A DNA stretch of 63,990 nt, counting the filler. It is 7 parts of 7 records of this genome, joined end to end, with 100 filler letters (N's around TTAATTAATTAA, not from the genome) between each part and the next. Parts side by side here need not be neighbours in the genome. Positions count along the whole stretch, not along the records: positions 1 to 10,522 come from SRR20825010_1430; 6 more parts are not named here. The stretch is one strand, 5' to 3'. This document shows positions 1-10,140 of the stretch, in pieces; the stretch's first letter is position 1, and every line of letters starts with the position of its first letter. Both the position numbers and the translations under genes were made by a program. The notes beneath the pieces were generated by a model. The model had not been told where the DNA came from. It searched no databases and was given only the letters and a program-made list of their open reading frames with translations.

Positions 1-1218
1 ATAGGCTTGGTACGAAAATATGACTGCAAAAGTCCAAATCAGGAAGGCTTTTTTATCAGTAAATAAACTTAAGCCAAACGCTGGGATCAGATACCATGGA
101 TGAACTACTGGCTGTAACATCAAATAGAATAAGTAAATCAACACCCAAAGATCTATAAGCTGTAACAGATTTTGAGGTTTCCTTTTCCATGAAAAATATA
201 GAATTCCAATCAAGCTGATTCCGCTGAGAATCGGCGTCAATTCCCCGATAACATTATACCCTTTCACCCAAAAACCAACTTCCCGAAGTAGGTAATAAAT
301 CGAGGCGTTGAATTCAAATTTTCCCTGGTAAAGTTTTAAGCTTTGGAGAAAATGGATCCAGGAATCATCTATCAAAAGCCAGGCAAAACTCGCTATAATA
401 GCAATGGCCGATCCTATCCAAAAAGCTTTGGATTTTCTGGTTTTGAAAAAGGAAAAGAAAGTAGGAATCAACATCAAAGGCAGCAGCTTCATGCCAATTG
501 AAAATCCCCAAAATCCTCCTGAAAGTGTGTTTTTGTTCTTACTTAACGCATAAACAGAAGCTAGCAAAAATAGCAGTACCAAGCCTTCAAAATGAAGATT
601 CCCGGTGATTTCCATGATCACCAGTGGATTCAACCAATACAGAATAAGCTTCTTTGAGGAAAGCTGAAAATGCTCGAAGAGCTTCAATAAAAGAAAGAAA
701 ATACCTATTTCTCCTAGAATCAGGATAACTCGCAATATCAGGATCCCGCTCTTTGTATCAAGATTTGCACCCCAAGCAGCGACATAGAATATCGCTTGAT
801 TCAACGGTGGATAAACCGAAAAGTATGCGGGTGAATTCATCATCTCAAATAGATTCTCCAAATAAGGACTTGCGCTTTCTGGATGATTTTGAAGCCAATC
901 TTCCGGAGTTTCCAAGTAGGGATTTTGGCTCATCTTCACCAATTCCCCATCCCAAAGAAATCGTGGATAATCGTCCGACCATTTGGGGATGGCTAGCAAC
1001 AGGGAAAGTCGGATAAGCAAACCTCCAATAAAGATCCACTTCCATTTAGGCTGATTACTCAAAAAATAAATAGCCAACATGCCTCCGAAAAGAGAAGCGT
1101 AGACAATGAATGTCAACCAGAAATTTTCTCTCGGAATATAATAGGCCAAACAGAAGAACCCAACTGCCATCAGCAGGCAGATCAGAGGAATTAAAAGCCG
1201 CTTAAACGATTTGCTCAA
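1..1218 (-). CDS. Polytopic GT-C-like membrane glycosyltransferase (GT87/mannosyltransferase-like), 3' end beyond window edge
   Basis: Absent from the ORF track. Both ends translated manually in one frame: TTG start at 1218 overlaps the TGA of the upstream gene. Contains WSDDYPRFLWDG...NPY and VHPWY motifs among hydrophobic segments. Confidence 0.75.
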   Translation of the reverse strand, partial: MSKSFKRLLIPLICLLMAVGFFCLAYYIPRENFWLTFIVYASLFGGMLAIYFLSNQPKWKWIFIGGLLIRLSLLLAIPKWSDDYPRFLWDGELVKMSQNPYLETPEDWLQNHPESASPYLENLFEMMNSPAYFSVYPPLNQAIFYVAAWGANLDTKSGILILRVILILGEIGIFFLLLKLFEHFQLSSKKLILYWLNPLVIMEITGNLHFEGLVLLFLLASVYALSKNKNTLSGGFWGFSIGMKLLPLMLIPTFFSFFKTRKSKAFWIGSAIAIIASFAWLLIDDSWIHFLQSLKLYQGKFEFNASIYYLLREVGFWVKGYNVIGELTPILSGISLIGILYFSWKRKPQNLLQLIDLWVLIYLFYLMLQPVVHPWYLIPAFGLSLFTDKKAFLIWTFAVIFSYQAY

Positions 1219-2093
1219 AGCCCTAAACTTTTGCGAATAGCCTCATCCTGAAGTCCTTTTTTACGCCAGTAATCTAACATTTGCACACTTTTTCGCACTG
1301 CTGAAGTCACTTCCTCGGTACCATCTTTCTTGGTTTGAGTTTCTTGCCAAGACATGATTTCATATGGAAAAGCATCGACGTATCTGATCAGCAATTTTCT
1401 GCCGATTTCCTCATAGATCACCTCAACTTCCGCCTGATTAGAGCCCGTCTTTCGCTTGGAAATCACGGCACTTTCAGCATCTAGAGGAAGGTGTGAGAAG
1501 CGGTTAAAAATCAAACTAGGGATTAATTTCTTGTGACCTGTAGGCACGAGGTCAGGATTTAATCGGATCAAGTTGAAAATCTCATCCTCAGCCATCGCAC
1601 TGATGGATAATTCCTGATCACCTTCGGACTCGAAATAGGAGAACAGATTGGCTTGGTACTTATTGTTTTTCCAGTTGAGCTGCGCAAACGACTGACCACA
1701 CCATTCTGTCATAGATGCAGTGATTTTCGGAGAATTCAGATCATCATACACAGGTGTAAATACTGACAACATCGTGTGATAAGGATATACGCCCGTAACA
1801 AAATCACGTGTCATATTTAATTTCATCACCTTTATCGCTCCCTTTCCTGCAGCAGAAGGATCATCGACCTTCACTTGCTTGCGCTTAGAGAAATCCTCCG
1901 TCACAAAAATCATTACAGCCTTTCCTTCCCGAACTTCGCCATAGCGCATTTGCTTTAGGTCAAACACATTGATCTCAGCTCTATCCTGATACCAATGCGA
2001 AGCGAATTGCATCTCGTCGATGGCTTTTCTGCCTGTGGAATTGCAGGATGAGATGAAGAGTAAAAACAATCCAAGAATGAATAAATTTTTCAT
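1215..2093 (-). CDS. Conserved Bacteroidota lipoprotein of unknown function
   Basis: Start re-placed at MKNLFILGLFLLFISSC (lipobox). Conserved-looking WYQDRAEI...RYGEVREG...FVTEDF and EWCGQ segments. Confidence 0.7.
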   Translation of the reverse strand: MKNLFILGLFLLFISSCNSTGRKAIDEMQFASHWYQDRAEINVFDLKQMRYGEVREGKAVMIFVTEDFSKRKQVKVDDPSAAGKGAIKVMKLNMTRDFVTGVYPYHTMLSVFTPVYDDLNSPKITASMTEWCGQSFAQLNWKNNKYQANLFSYFESEGDQELSISAMAEDEIFNLIRLNPDLVPTGHKKLIPSLIFNRFSHLPLDAESAVISKRKTGSNQAEVEVIYEEIGRKLLIRYVDAFPYEIMSWQETQTKKDGTEEVTSAVRKSVQMLDYWRKKGLQDEAIRKSLGL

Positions 2094-2175
2094 AAGTCTA
2101 AAATTACTAAAATACCTTCTAAGGTCTATTGCCAAATACTCACCTGTTTTATAAACTAAAAAAACGACTAGTATC

Positions 2176-2724
2176 TTAGGATACAGTGTTTCTTTTTCTT
2201 TCTTCTTTAATTTCCACAAGAGCTTTAATCGCCTCTGGAACTAAATCTTGTTGGAGTTTGGCTTCAATTTCCTTATCTGACAATCGCTCAAACTTTGCTG
2301 TAAATTGGTTCTGAAAATTCTTTCTTGATAGTACTTTTTCTTCCTCCGTTTGCATAAAAACCTCTTTGTAGAATCTATGCAGCTTCTCACGTTTTCTAAC
2401 CAGTAAAGCTGTCAACAAAACAAAAGATATAATTTGAATCCCTAGATTGATCGAATCCTGAGAGCCAAATCTAAATACCATTCTCACGGAAAATGAAAAA
2501 GACACAAGATTAAATATTCCTAGAAGTAATAATACGAACACACTTTTAAATGATTTTTCAGGTCTTAATGAAGCAATGGCTGTTACTATTATCAATCCTA
2601 TTAAACCGAGATAATCGGAAGTATAAATAACAAAATCATTTAAAATGGAAATTAAACTGGTAGTTATGAGGATTATCCACAGAATTACTATGATTACTAT
2701 CTCAGTCTTTTTGAAATTTTCCAT
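2176..2724 (-). CDS. Hypothetical membrane protein (about 4 TM), AT-rich
   Basis: ORF track 2176..2739; ATG at 2724 preferred. Four hydrophobic stretches and a charged C-terminal tail. Confidence 0.6.
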   Translation of the reverse strand: MENFKKTEIVIIVILWIILITTSLISILNDFVIYTSDYLGLIGLIIVTAIASLRPEKSFKSVFVLLLLGIFNLVSFSFSVRMVFRFGSQDSINLGIQIISFVLLTALLVRKREKLHRFYKEVFMQTEEEKVLSRKNFQNQFTAKFERLSDKEIEAKLQQDLVPEAIKALVEIKEERKRNTVS

Positions 2725-2767
2725 TCTTGCATTAAACAAATTTATACTCGCTTCTCAAGTCTAAAAC

Positions 2768-3460
2768 TCACCAATACTTAAAAATCGTATAGATAATCTT
2801 ATACCCAGCTCCAAACACTCCTTTTACTGTTCCGCTGACTTTGGATACTCCTATACGCTTGCGGTAATTTACGGGTACTTCCGTATAACGGAGTCCGGCT
2901 TTATGAGCTTTGATCTGCATCTCTATAGTCCAGCCAAAGTTCTGATCGATCATATTCAAGTCAAGCAACTTTGACCAAATAATCGCCCGAAATGGTCCCA
3001 AATCAGAGAATTTGGCACCTTGAATATACTTCATCATGCTAGTTGCCAGCCAATTTCCAAATACCTGCGGAAAAGTCATCGAGCCAGATTCGCGCTCTCC
3101 CAATGCTCTGGAGCCTATGACCATATCTGCTTTTTGATCCAAAATCGGCTGAATCAAATCAAGTAAATCTTCTGGATAATCGCTGTAATCACCGTCTAGA
3201 AAGACTACAATATCTGGTTGAATTTCCTGTTTTTTGATCCAATCCATCGCTGTCAAACAAGCTTTCCCATAGCCTTTCTGAGGCTCGAAAACCACTTTTG
3301 CACCAGCTGCTTCTGCTACTTTGCCTGTGCTGTCTGTGGAGTTGTTGTTCGCAATTACAATATTCCTCACAATTGCCGGAACGTCTCCGATCACCTTCGG
3401 AATGGACTTTTCCTCGTTGTATGCGGGGATGATTACATCAATAATTGGAGGATTATGCAT
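2768..3460 (-). CDS. Glycosyltransferase family 2 (polyprenol-phosphate glycosyltransferase/DPM1-like)
   Basis: VIIPAYNEE, NNSTD, GYGKA, FLDGDYSD, VIGSR motifs. Confidence 0.9.
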   Translation of the reverse strand: MHNPPIIDVIIPAYNEEKSIPKVIGDVPAIVRNIVIANNNSTDSTGKVAEAAGAKVVFEPQKGYGKACLTAMDWIKKQEIQPDIVVFLDGDYSDYPEDLLDLIQPILDQKADMVIGSRALGERESGSMTFPQVFGNWLATSMMKYIQGAKFSDLGPFRAIIWSKLLDLNMIDQNFGWTIEMQIKAHKAGLRYTEVPVNYRKRIGVSKVSGTVKGVFGAGYKIIYTIFKYW

Positions 3461-3466
3461 CAGAAC

Positions 3467-4933
3467 TTATTTACCTAAACTGTAGGCTTTGAAAGAGGAA
3501 AAGAAAACTAGGCCATACCCTACGGCGAGCATGAGGTGAAAAGGCAGCATCTCGAAGGTGCCCCAATAAATATGAAGACCTACCATGCCTGAAAAAACCA
3601 GCATCAAGACTCCTTCCATCCAAGTTGTAGCCGGGATTTTGAATTTGATATAGTTATTGGATTCCAAGCCTGTACCTCCTTCCAAATTAAACTTCGGAGT
3701 ACGTATAAAGGGTGATTTTTTACCTGAAAGACCTTCCCAAACTGCCTGCGCATTGTGCAACGCCAAGCCCATAGAAACTGAAAGGAATAGAGGTAACATA
3801 TAAATCGCTTGAAATAGACTTCTCCAAAAACTTCTCTTTTCGTAGAAATAAGCAACCAAATACACTCCAGCGATAATCACAAAACCTATCATAAACAGGC
3901 CAGCAACTTTGAATAGACTGTCTGAAATCAAACCTTGAACTCCTGCCCACCACACGCCAATGCTACTTAGACTAACCAAAAGAATAGCAATGAAAAGGCT
4001 GCTATTGAACAAATGAGCCATCGCGTGGATCTTAATCCCGAAAGGCAAATCTTCGCCCAAAACTGCTTTTGCGTGCTTTCCAGCACATTCGGCACCTCCT
4101 TTTGTCCAGCGAAACTGCTGAGACTTGACTGCCGACATAATAGGTGGTAGCTCAGCTGGAGATTCGATTTCTGGCCGGTACACAAACTCCCAACCTTTGC
4201 GCTGCGCGCGATAACTAAGATCCAAATCCTCTGTAAGCGTATCGTCTTGCCAGTCTCCCGCATCGATGATACAGGACTTGCGCCAAATGCCGCCAGTCCC
4301 ATTGAAATTGATAAATGCATGCTGGCTATTTCTACCGATTTGCTCGATCAGAAAATGTGCATCCAAAGCAAATGCCTGCAAGCGCGTTAATAGGGAATAG
4401 TTTTTATTCAAATGTGTCCATCTCGTCTGCACCATTCCGACTTTTTCTGAAGAGAAATAAGGAATTGTTTTAAGCAAAAATTCAGGATCAGGGACAAAAT
4501 CCGCATCGAAAATCGCGATAAATTCTCCGCTTGCTCTCGCAAGTCCCTCCTTCAAAGCTCCAGCCTTAAAGCCAGTTCGATCTGTCCGATGAATGTATTT
4601 GAAATTGATGTCTGGAAACTCCTGAATTTTCTTCTGAATCAACTCAGCAGTCTGATCAGTACTATCATCCAACACTTGGATTTCCAGCAAATCAGCAGGA
4701 TAATTTATTTTGGCGACAGCCGCTATCAACCGATCCACTACATACAACTCATTGAAAACAGGAAGCTGAATCGTGACCTTAGGCCAATTTTCTGGCACAG
4801 GATGAGCCACTTTTCCCAGGTACTTTTTTGAGCGAAGAAAGCTCAAAAGTAAATGCCCTTGAGCAAGGCTGTAAAGGAAAATAAACAGCATTCCCAGGGC
4901 ATAAATCCCAATCAAAATATATAAGAGAATCAT
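3467..4933 (-). CDS. Membrane GT2, cellulose-synthase-like family
   Basis: QLPVFNE, DDSTD, GFKAGAL, FDADF, TEDLDLS and QQFRW (QxxRW) motifs, with N- and C-terminal TM helices. Confidence 0.9.
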   Translation of the reverse strand: MILLYILIGIYALGMLFIFLYSLAQGHLLLSFLRSKKYLGKVAHPVPENWPKVTIQLPVFNELYVVDRLIAAVAKINYPADLLEIQVLDDSTDQTAELIQKKIQEFPDINFKYIHRTDRTGFKAGALKEGLARASGEFIAIFDADFVPDPEFLLKTIPYFSSEKVGMVQTRWTHLNKNYSLLTRLQAFALDAHFLIEQIGRNSQHAFINFNGTGGIWRKSCIIDAGDWQDDTLTEDLDLSYRAQRKGWEFVYRPEIESPAELPPIMSAVKSQQFRWTKGGAECAGKHAKAVLGEDLPFGIKIHAMAHLFNSSLFIAILLVSLSSIGVWWAGVQGLISDSLFKVAGLFMIGFVIIAGVYLVAYFYEKRSFWRSLFQAIYMLPLFLSVSMGLALHNAQAVWEGLSGKKSPFIRTPKFNLEGGTGLESNNYIKFKIPATTWMEGVLMLVFSGMVGLHIYWGTFEMLPFHLMLAVGYGLVFFSSFKAYSLGK

Positions 4934-6478
4934 TTAAGCATTTATCTTGATGGAATCATTTCCAATAATTATTGGCATTTCGTTGATTCGGTTTTCTGTT
5001 GATCCATTTTCTAATTTCAATACTCCACGTGGGCAAACTGATGAACAAACTCCGCACCCTACACAGCTAGATCGAACAATTTCCTGTCCACGCTGAGCAT
5101 ACCAGCGAACGTCAATTCCCATCTCACAATGCGTAGAGCAATTGCCACAGGAAATACATTGCCCGCCGTTTGTGGTGATTCTGAATCTGGATTTGAAACG
5201 CTGAACTAAGCCTAAATAAGCAGCCAAAGGACAACCAAATCTACACCAAACACGGTTGCCCATGAATGGATAAAAACCTGTTCCGATCACGCCTGCGAAT
5301 ACCGAACCAATCGCAAAACCATAAATCGAATGTAATTGGTTCGTGATATTTCCCAAAAGTGCAAAACCCGAGAAATAATTGACAATGGTCAAAGCCGTCA
5401 TCACCACAGCCAAAACCAAAACGCTGTGGATAATCACTCGCTCGTATTTCCATGCTTTCACAGACTTATCAGAAAGCTGCCGATAGGGATCTCCAAGCGT
5501 TTCTGCCAAACCACCGCACCCGCAAACCCAAGAGCAGTACCACCGTTTCCCAAAGAAATAAGTGAAAGCCGGTACTCCAATGACAATAAGCAATATCCCC
5601 CAAATCAACATAAACATCCCTACTCCACCCGAACTCAAGAAGGTATCGATCTGGTAATCGTAGAAGAAATCGTAATCCAGAGGCCAGATATTTTTGAAAT
5701 CAAAGTAAGGCTGATTCAGCAATACCAAAATCTCTGGAATCAAAAATGCAAAAGCCGTCTGGAAGAACATCACCGATGCCGTGCGAAGTTGCTGATATTT
5801 ATTTCCTCTATATTTTCTAAACATCCTCACTCCCATCACGGTGATGGCAAGTGTGTAAATCGTCCCGTAAAGAAACCACTGGCTTGCAGGATTGCCACTC
5901 AGAAGCATACTGAGGGGAGTTACCATCCATATTTGATTGACGATATAGGCTGGAAACCAATACAAAATGATGTAGAAAAGAATCAAATACGCTCCAGTGA
6001 TCATCCCCATCCAGCCACGGTTTTTCATAGCAGAATGGAAAATCCCATTGTTTTTGATTCCTTCTGGTTCGCCCTGATACTTTGGTAGATTGTACATCAA
6101 TCCTCCCAACACGGCGAGTCCGATTGACAAACCGAAGAATAACCAGGGATTATCACGTACAGGACTACTAAGTGAACTTTGCGCTAGCGGTAAACTATAA
6201 TCGTCCCAGATCACTTCATCCCACTTGGATTCTGCTTTAAGGGCTTCGTTATACTCATTGAAATTCACTTTGTAGGCAGAAAGAAATGAGAAATTGGAAG
6301 AGTAAGTCTCACCATACATTGGTGCTAAAACCTCAGTCATTTTCTCTTGGTGAATATCCTTTGTACTGGATAAAACCAATTCCTCTGTAAGTGTGTAATT
6401 GCCTAAAAAAGGCATTGCCGTAAAAACAGCCAAGCCTATCAAAAAGAGCAGAATACCTATACTTTGAATAATTTTCAT
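4934..6478 (-). CDS. Membrane-bound 4Fe-4S binding protein (polyferredoxin, NapH/CcoG-like architecture)
   Basis: Multiple TMs; YCSWVCGCG, WCRFGCP, and two ferredoxin motifs CISCGNCSTHC and CVGCGVCSSVCP. Confidence 0.85.
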   Translation of the reverse strand: MKIIQSIGILLFLIGLAVFTAMPFLGNYTLTEELVLSSTKDIHQEKMTEVLAPMYGETYSSNFSFLSAYKVNFNEYNEALKAESKWDEVIWDDYSLPLAQSSLSSPVRDNPWLFFGLSIGLAVLGGLMYNLPKYQGEPEGIKNNGIFHSAMKNRGWMGMITGAYLILFYIILYWFPAYIVNQIWMVTPLSMLLSGNPASQWFLYGTIYTLAITVMGVRMFRKYRGNKYQQLRTASVMFFQTAFAFLIPEILVLLNQPYFDFKNIWPLDYDFFYDYQIDTFLSSGGVGMFMLIWGILLIVIGVPAFTYFFGKRWYCSWVCGCGGLAETLGDPYRQLSDKSVKAWKYERVIIHSVLVLAVVMTALTIVNYFSGFALLGNITNQLHSIYGFAIGSVFAGVIGTGFYPFMGNRVWCRFGCPLAAYLGLVQRFKSRFRITTNGGQCISCGNCSTHCEMGIDVRWYAQRGQEIVRSSCVGCGVCSSVCPRGVLKLENGSTENRINEMPIIIGNDSIKINA

Positions 6479-6566
6479 GTGTATCTAATTTGATTTATAT
6501 AGGACACATGGAATCTCACATGGTTATTCATCATTCCTACATTTGACATAATCATCATGTTCGATT

Positions 6567-7922
6567 TCATACGCTTGCTCCGAATAGTTTTTGGATAAAT
6601 GTCTTCTTGGAAACTTTGACGTCTCCTCCGAATTGGCTTTTAAAAGCCTTTTGTATTTCTATGTAATAAGGCGCGAAAAACTCAGGATCGAAATCGGCCT
6701 TATCAAGTTTGGAAATGACTTTAGCTCCATCCCAAGCTTCACGGATTGCCTGATCGAAAAACTCATGTCTGAGACGGAAACCAAAATTATTCACGCCTAA
6801 AATCTTCCCTTGTAAATCCATTAGCATTCGGAAAGAGATTTTCCCTCCAGCATGCTCCCAATAAAAGGATTTGACTTTTTCAGCATCCCATCTAGCAGGG
6901 ACAGTACCGTAGGTTTGATATTCTATATCCAAGAACTTGGCTGAGTTAAACCAAATACCCGGTTTGTAAGTGACTTTTTTGCCTGCCAGAATATATCCCA
7001 AGGTTTCACCGTGCATTCTTCCTGTGTACCAAACTTGCTCCACTGGCTTGCGGTCGGCTGCTGGCACTTCATGAAATTCCGCACAATCACCTATGGAATA
7101 AACATTGGGAATATTGGTCTGAAAACCAAAATCAACTTTTACTCCTCGATTGATATCCAATTCTGTATTTCTAAGAAAATCTATGCTAGGAGTTACTCCT
7201 GCAGTAAGCCCTACAAATTGACATTCAATTTCTTCACCGGATTTGGTCCGGATAGCTTTTACACGGGCATTCGGATCAGAGATGATTTCATCTAATTCTT
7301 CATTCAACCGAAGATCAATATGATGCTCTCGCATATGCCGACTGACTAATTCAGATTCTTCTTTCGGTAGTACATTGCTCCAAAAGCCAGATTCTCGCAC
7401 CAGAAAGGTTACCGGAATCTTCTTATAAGCAAGCATTTCTGCCATCTCAATCCCAATCAAACCTCCACCTACGATCACTGCTCGCTTTACTCCGGACGCA
7501 GTATTCTCCTCCATGAGCTCCAAATCCTGTTTGGAATACAATCCTTGTACACCTTGAAGATCCTCACCTGGCCAGCCAAACTTATTTGGTTTAGAACCGG
7601 TGGCAATCACAAGCTCATCGTAGGGCATGTTTTCACCAGACTGGAAAAGAAGATTTTTGGATGAAAAGTTGATTGATTTCACCCAAGCTTCCTTCAGTTC
7701 TATTCTGTTTTTCTCCCAAAACCAATTCTCATAGGGCTGAGTATGCTCGAATTTCATATGCCCCATGAATACATACATAAGGGCTGTTCTAGAGAAAAAG
7801 TAGGTCGATTCACCTGAAATCACAGTTATCTTAACAGTATCATCCAGCTTACGAAGCTGTCGGGCACAGGTAATTCCTGCTATTCCATTGCCGATGATGA
7901 CTACATGGCGATTTGAACTCAT
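6567..7922 (-). CDS. NAD(P)/FAD-dependent oxidoreductase (pyridine nucleotide-disulfide family, NirB-N/rubredoxin reductase-like)
   Basis: GNGIAG, ATGS, GGGLIGIE, YSIGDCA motifs; start placed at MSSNRH. Confidence 0.85.
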   Translation of the reverse strand: MSSNRHVVIIGNGIAGITCARQLRKLDDTVKITVISGESTYFFSRTALMYVFMGHMKFEHTQPYENWFWEKNRIELKEAWVKSINFSSKNLLFQSGENMPYDELVIATGSKPNKFGWPGEDLQGVQGLYSKQDLELMEENTASGVKRAVIVGGGLIGIEMAEMLAYKKIPVTFLVRESGFWSNVLPKEESELVSRHMREHHIDLRLNEELDEIISDPNARVKAIRTKSGEEIECQFVGLTAGVTPSIDFLRNTELDINRGVKVDFGFQTNIPNVYSIGDCAEFHEVPAADRKPVEQVWYTGRMHGETLGYILAGKKVTYKPGIWFNSAKFLDIEYQTYGTVPARWDAEKVKSFYWEHAGGKISFRMLMDLQGKILGVNNFGFRLRHEFFDQAIREAWDGAKVISKLDKADFDPEFFAPYYIEIQKAFKSQFGGDVKVSKKTFIQKLFGASV

Positions 7923-7973
7923 TGGATTTGGTTTTGATGGGGGCACAATTGGGAATTTACCAAAAACTTGGTT

Positions 7974-8735
7974 CTATTCGTTCAGATTCCAATCATAATC
8001 CATAAATGAAACCTTAGCATCTGACTTGATTTTGACTTTGCTGTACTTATTCAAAAAGTCAATCAAACTCCCATTTTTAGTGAAATCCCCTTTAAACCAA
8101 GAGAAGATGGAAGAGATTTGAACTGACTCAGGGGAGATTTTATTTCTCGAAGAATTGATAAAACTTTTAGCAACCTTATCCAATTGTGCATCGATTGTTT
8201 TAGCTTCGAACGCTTCATTCAACAAAGGTGGACAGGAAATAGAAGCACAATTGACAGCGAAGTGAATTCGAGGTTCTTCAAATTCCTTTCGCAAAATCGA
8301 ATGCTCGATCTCATCCAAACTGGACTCCTGACCTCCTATTTTGAAAAATTTGTAGTGCCAAACATCTTTGATCATCGGGATTTTCAATTTTGGCCCCAGA
8401 TCCTTGATGCTTTCCACAGGGTAATTATTGACGATCAATGTTACGGTAAAGGCATTATAGGCATTAATCCAGTAAGCAAGTTGCTCGTCCTTTGACCAAG
8501 TTTTACGATCAGGGGCATTTTCACTGAGGCTCTTCACATACGCTTCTAGCTTCGCCTTCTCTTTGATAAAACCTTTGTAATTCACTTTTCCGTCAGCACT
8601 CACATTTGCTTTGAGCAATTCATTCCAAGTTTTGTGACTCGGCGGAGTGGTTTCAGCCATGCCAGGCACTGAACTTTGACAGCTCAAAAGAATTATGCTG
8701 AAGAAAAGAGCAATATGGATTTTTAGATTTTTCAT
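7974..8735 (-). CDS. DUF547 domain lipoprotein
   Basis: Lipobox LLSC; LAYWINAYNA, LDEIEH, EPRIHFAVNCASISCP, SSIFSWF, YDWNLN motifs. Confidence 0.88.
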   Translation of the reverse strand: MKNLKIHIALFFSIILLSCQSSVPGMAETTPPSHKTWNELLKANVSADGKVNYKGFIKEKAKLEAYVKSLSENAPDRKTWSKDEQLAYWINAYNAFTVTLIVNNYPVESIKDLGPKLKIPMIKDVWHYKFFKIGGQESSLDEIEHSILRKEFEEPRIHFAVNCASISCPPLLNEAFEAKTIDAQLDKVAKSFINSSRNKISPESVQISSIFSWFKGDFTKNGSLIDFLNKYSKVKIKSDAKVSFMDYDWNLNE

Positions 8736-8826
8736 AGGGAATGTGTTTAGGATGATTTACGATCCGATTCAAAATAAGGATGTAGAGAATTGAGAAATGG
8801 TCGGATAGAAGACCAAAAACAGTGAT

Positions 8827-9336
8827 TTAATAAACTTTTTCTCCTTTAGTCAGCCAAATACCCCAAGATTTTGAATAGGTATGCACTTTCTGCGTAGTAG
8901 AATCTCCATGAAAAATTGGTTTTTCCTCGTTTGCCCATTCAATCAACCCACCGTACAAATTATAAACCTCCTTGAATCCCGCATCTTTTAGTTTTTTACC
9001 AATCTCCTGAGATCGTGCTCCTACCGTACAATACACGAGAACGGGTTTATTTTTATCCAGAGAAGCTACATTTTGAAGAGTAAAAGTATCGTATCCCACC
9101 CAAGCGGCATCTTTGAGATGACTTACCTCAAACTCCTCTTTTTCACGTGTATCCAACACTTGATAAGTACTCAACTCACTTATTTGAGCGGGCTTTAAGA
9201 CAGGGAATTTAGAATCGTAAAGCGTGGTGAGTAAGGCTTTATAGGCAATTGATTGAGCCTTAACAGTAGTAGAAAAAATGCAAAGTACGGGAACTAGTAA
9301 AAGCGCAAGTAGGTATTTAGAGAGGTAAGACTTCAT
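8827..9336 (-). CDS. Exported rhodanese-like domain protein
   Basis: Signal peptide; LDTREKEEFEVSHL, YCTVGARS active loop, NLYGGLIEW. Confidence 0.88.
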   Translation of the reverse strand: MKSYLSKYLLALLLVPVLCIFSTTVKAQSIAYKALLTTLYDSKFPVLKPAQISELSTYQVLDTREKEEFEVSHLKDAAWVGYDTFTLQNVASLDKNKPVLVYCTVGARSQEIGKKLKDAGFKEVYNLYGGLIEWANEEKPIFHGDSTTQKVHTYSKSWGIWLTKGEKVY

Positions 9337-9372
9337 ATCGCTTTAACCCAAATACAAGTTGCGATGTTCAAC

Positions 9373-10086
9373 TTAGGCGTAAAAATCTGAAAGCTTCACT
9401 AGCCCTTCTTTATCCAAGATCACGATTTTCTTGCCTTTCAGTTCAATGAGTTTATCTTTTTTGAATTCGGATAACAATCGGATAACAGATTCAGTCGCAG
9501 TTCCGATCAAGCTAGCAATCTCCTCCCTGCTTAGTACCAAGTCAATCTGCTGATGACCTGCACCATCGAGTCCATAAGAATTAGCAAGTTGGAGAAGCAA
9601 ATACGCCAATCGCTCCCGTATACTCTTTTGCGAAGCATCTACTAACTTCTCTTCCATCACTCCAATCTCATGACTGAGTGCTTTGGTGAGTTTTTTGAAA
9701 AATGGCCCACTGCTAATTATGGTTTTAAGAAATGACTCTTTCGGAATAAAGCAGATTTTGGCATCCTCTATCACCATTGCAGAATTAGTGTAATTCTCCT
9801 CACCAAGTAAGGCCGTATAGCCCAATAACCCACCTTTTGACTCCAAATGAATAATTTGTTCCTTACCATTTGAGGCAGTTTTGAACACCTTTATAACACC
9901 AGAATTCACACAAAAAACTCCAAGAGGCTTGGCTCCTTCATAATAAAGCATTTGCCCTTTTCGGTGCGAAATCATGTTCTTGTTGTCAGAAATATTGCAT
10001 GCCTGCTCTTCTGTAAGTTCAGAAAACATAGAAAATTTCCGACTGGTACAAAGATCACAAGGATGGATGGAAGAGGTTTTAGACAT
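9373..10086 (-). CDS. Crp/Fnr family transcriptional regulator with N-terminal CxxC
   Basis: cNMP-like domain, HTH LSREEIASLIGTATESVIRLLSEF, cysteines in CDLC and ICFIP. Confidence 0.9.
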   Translation of the reverse strand: MSKTSSIHPCDLCTSRKFSMFSELTEEQACNISDNKNMISHRKGQMLYYEGAKPLGVFCVNSGVIKVFKTASNGKEQIIHLESKGGLLGYTALLGEENYTNSAMVIEDAKICFIPKESFLKTIISSGPFFKKLTKALSHEIGVMEEKLVDASQKSIRERLAYLLLQLANSYGLDGAGHQQIDLVLSREEIASLIGTATESVIRLLSEFKKDKLIELKGKKIVILDKEGLVKLSDFYA

Positions 10087-10140
10087 ACTCGAACAAATTA
10101 TTTTGAGGTTGCTAACAAATGTAAATTTACAACACTGGAT

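Noticed and set aside
6535-6560. TGACATAATCA as an Fnr/Crp box
   Set aside because: Half-site spacing is one base short of the usual TGA-N6-TCA, it occurs once, and it lies in a short gap within the cluster.
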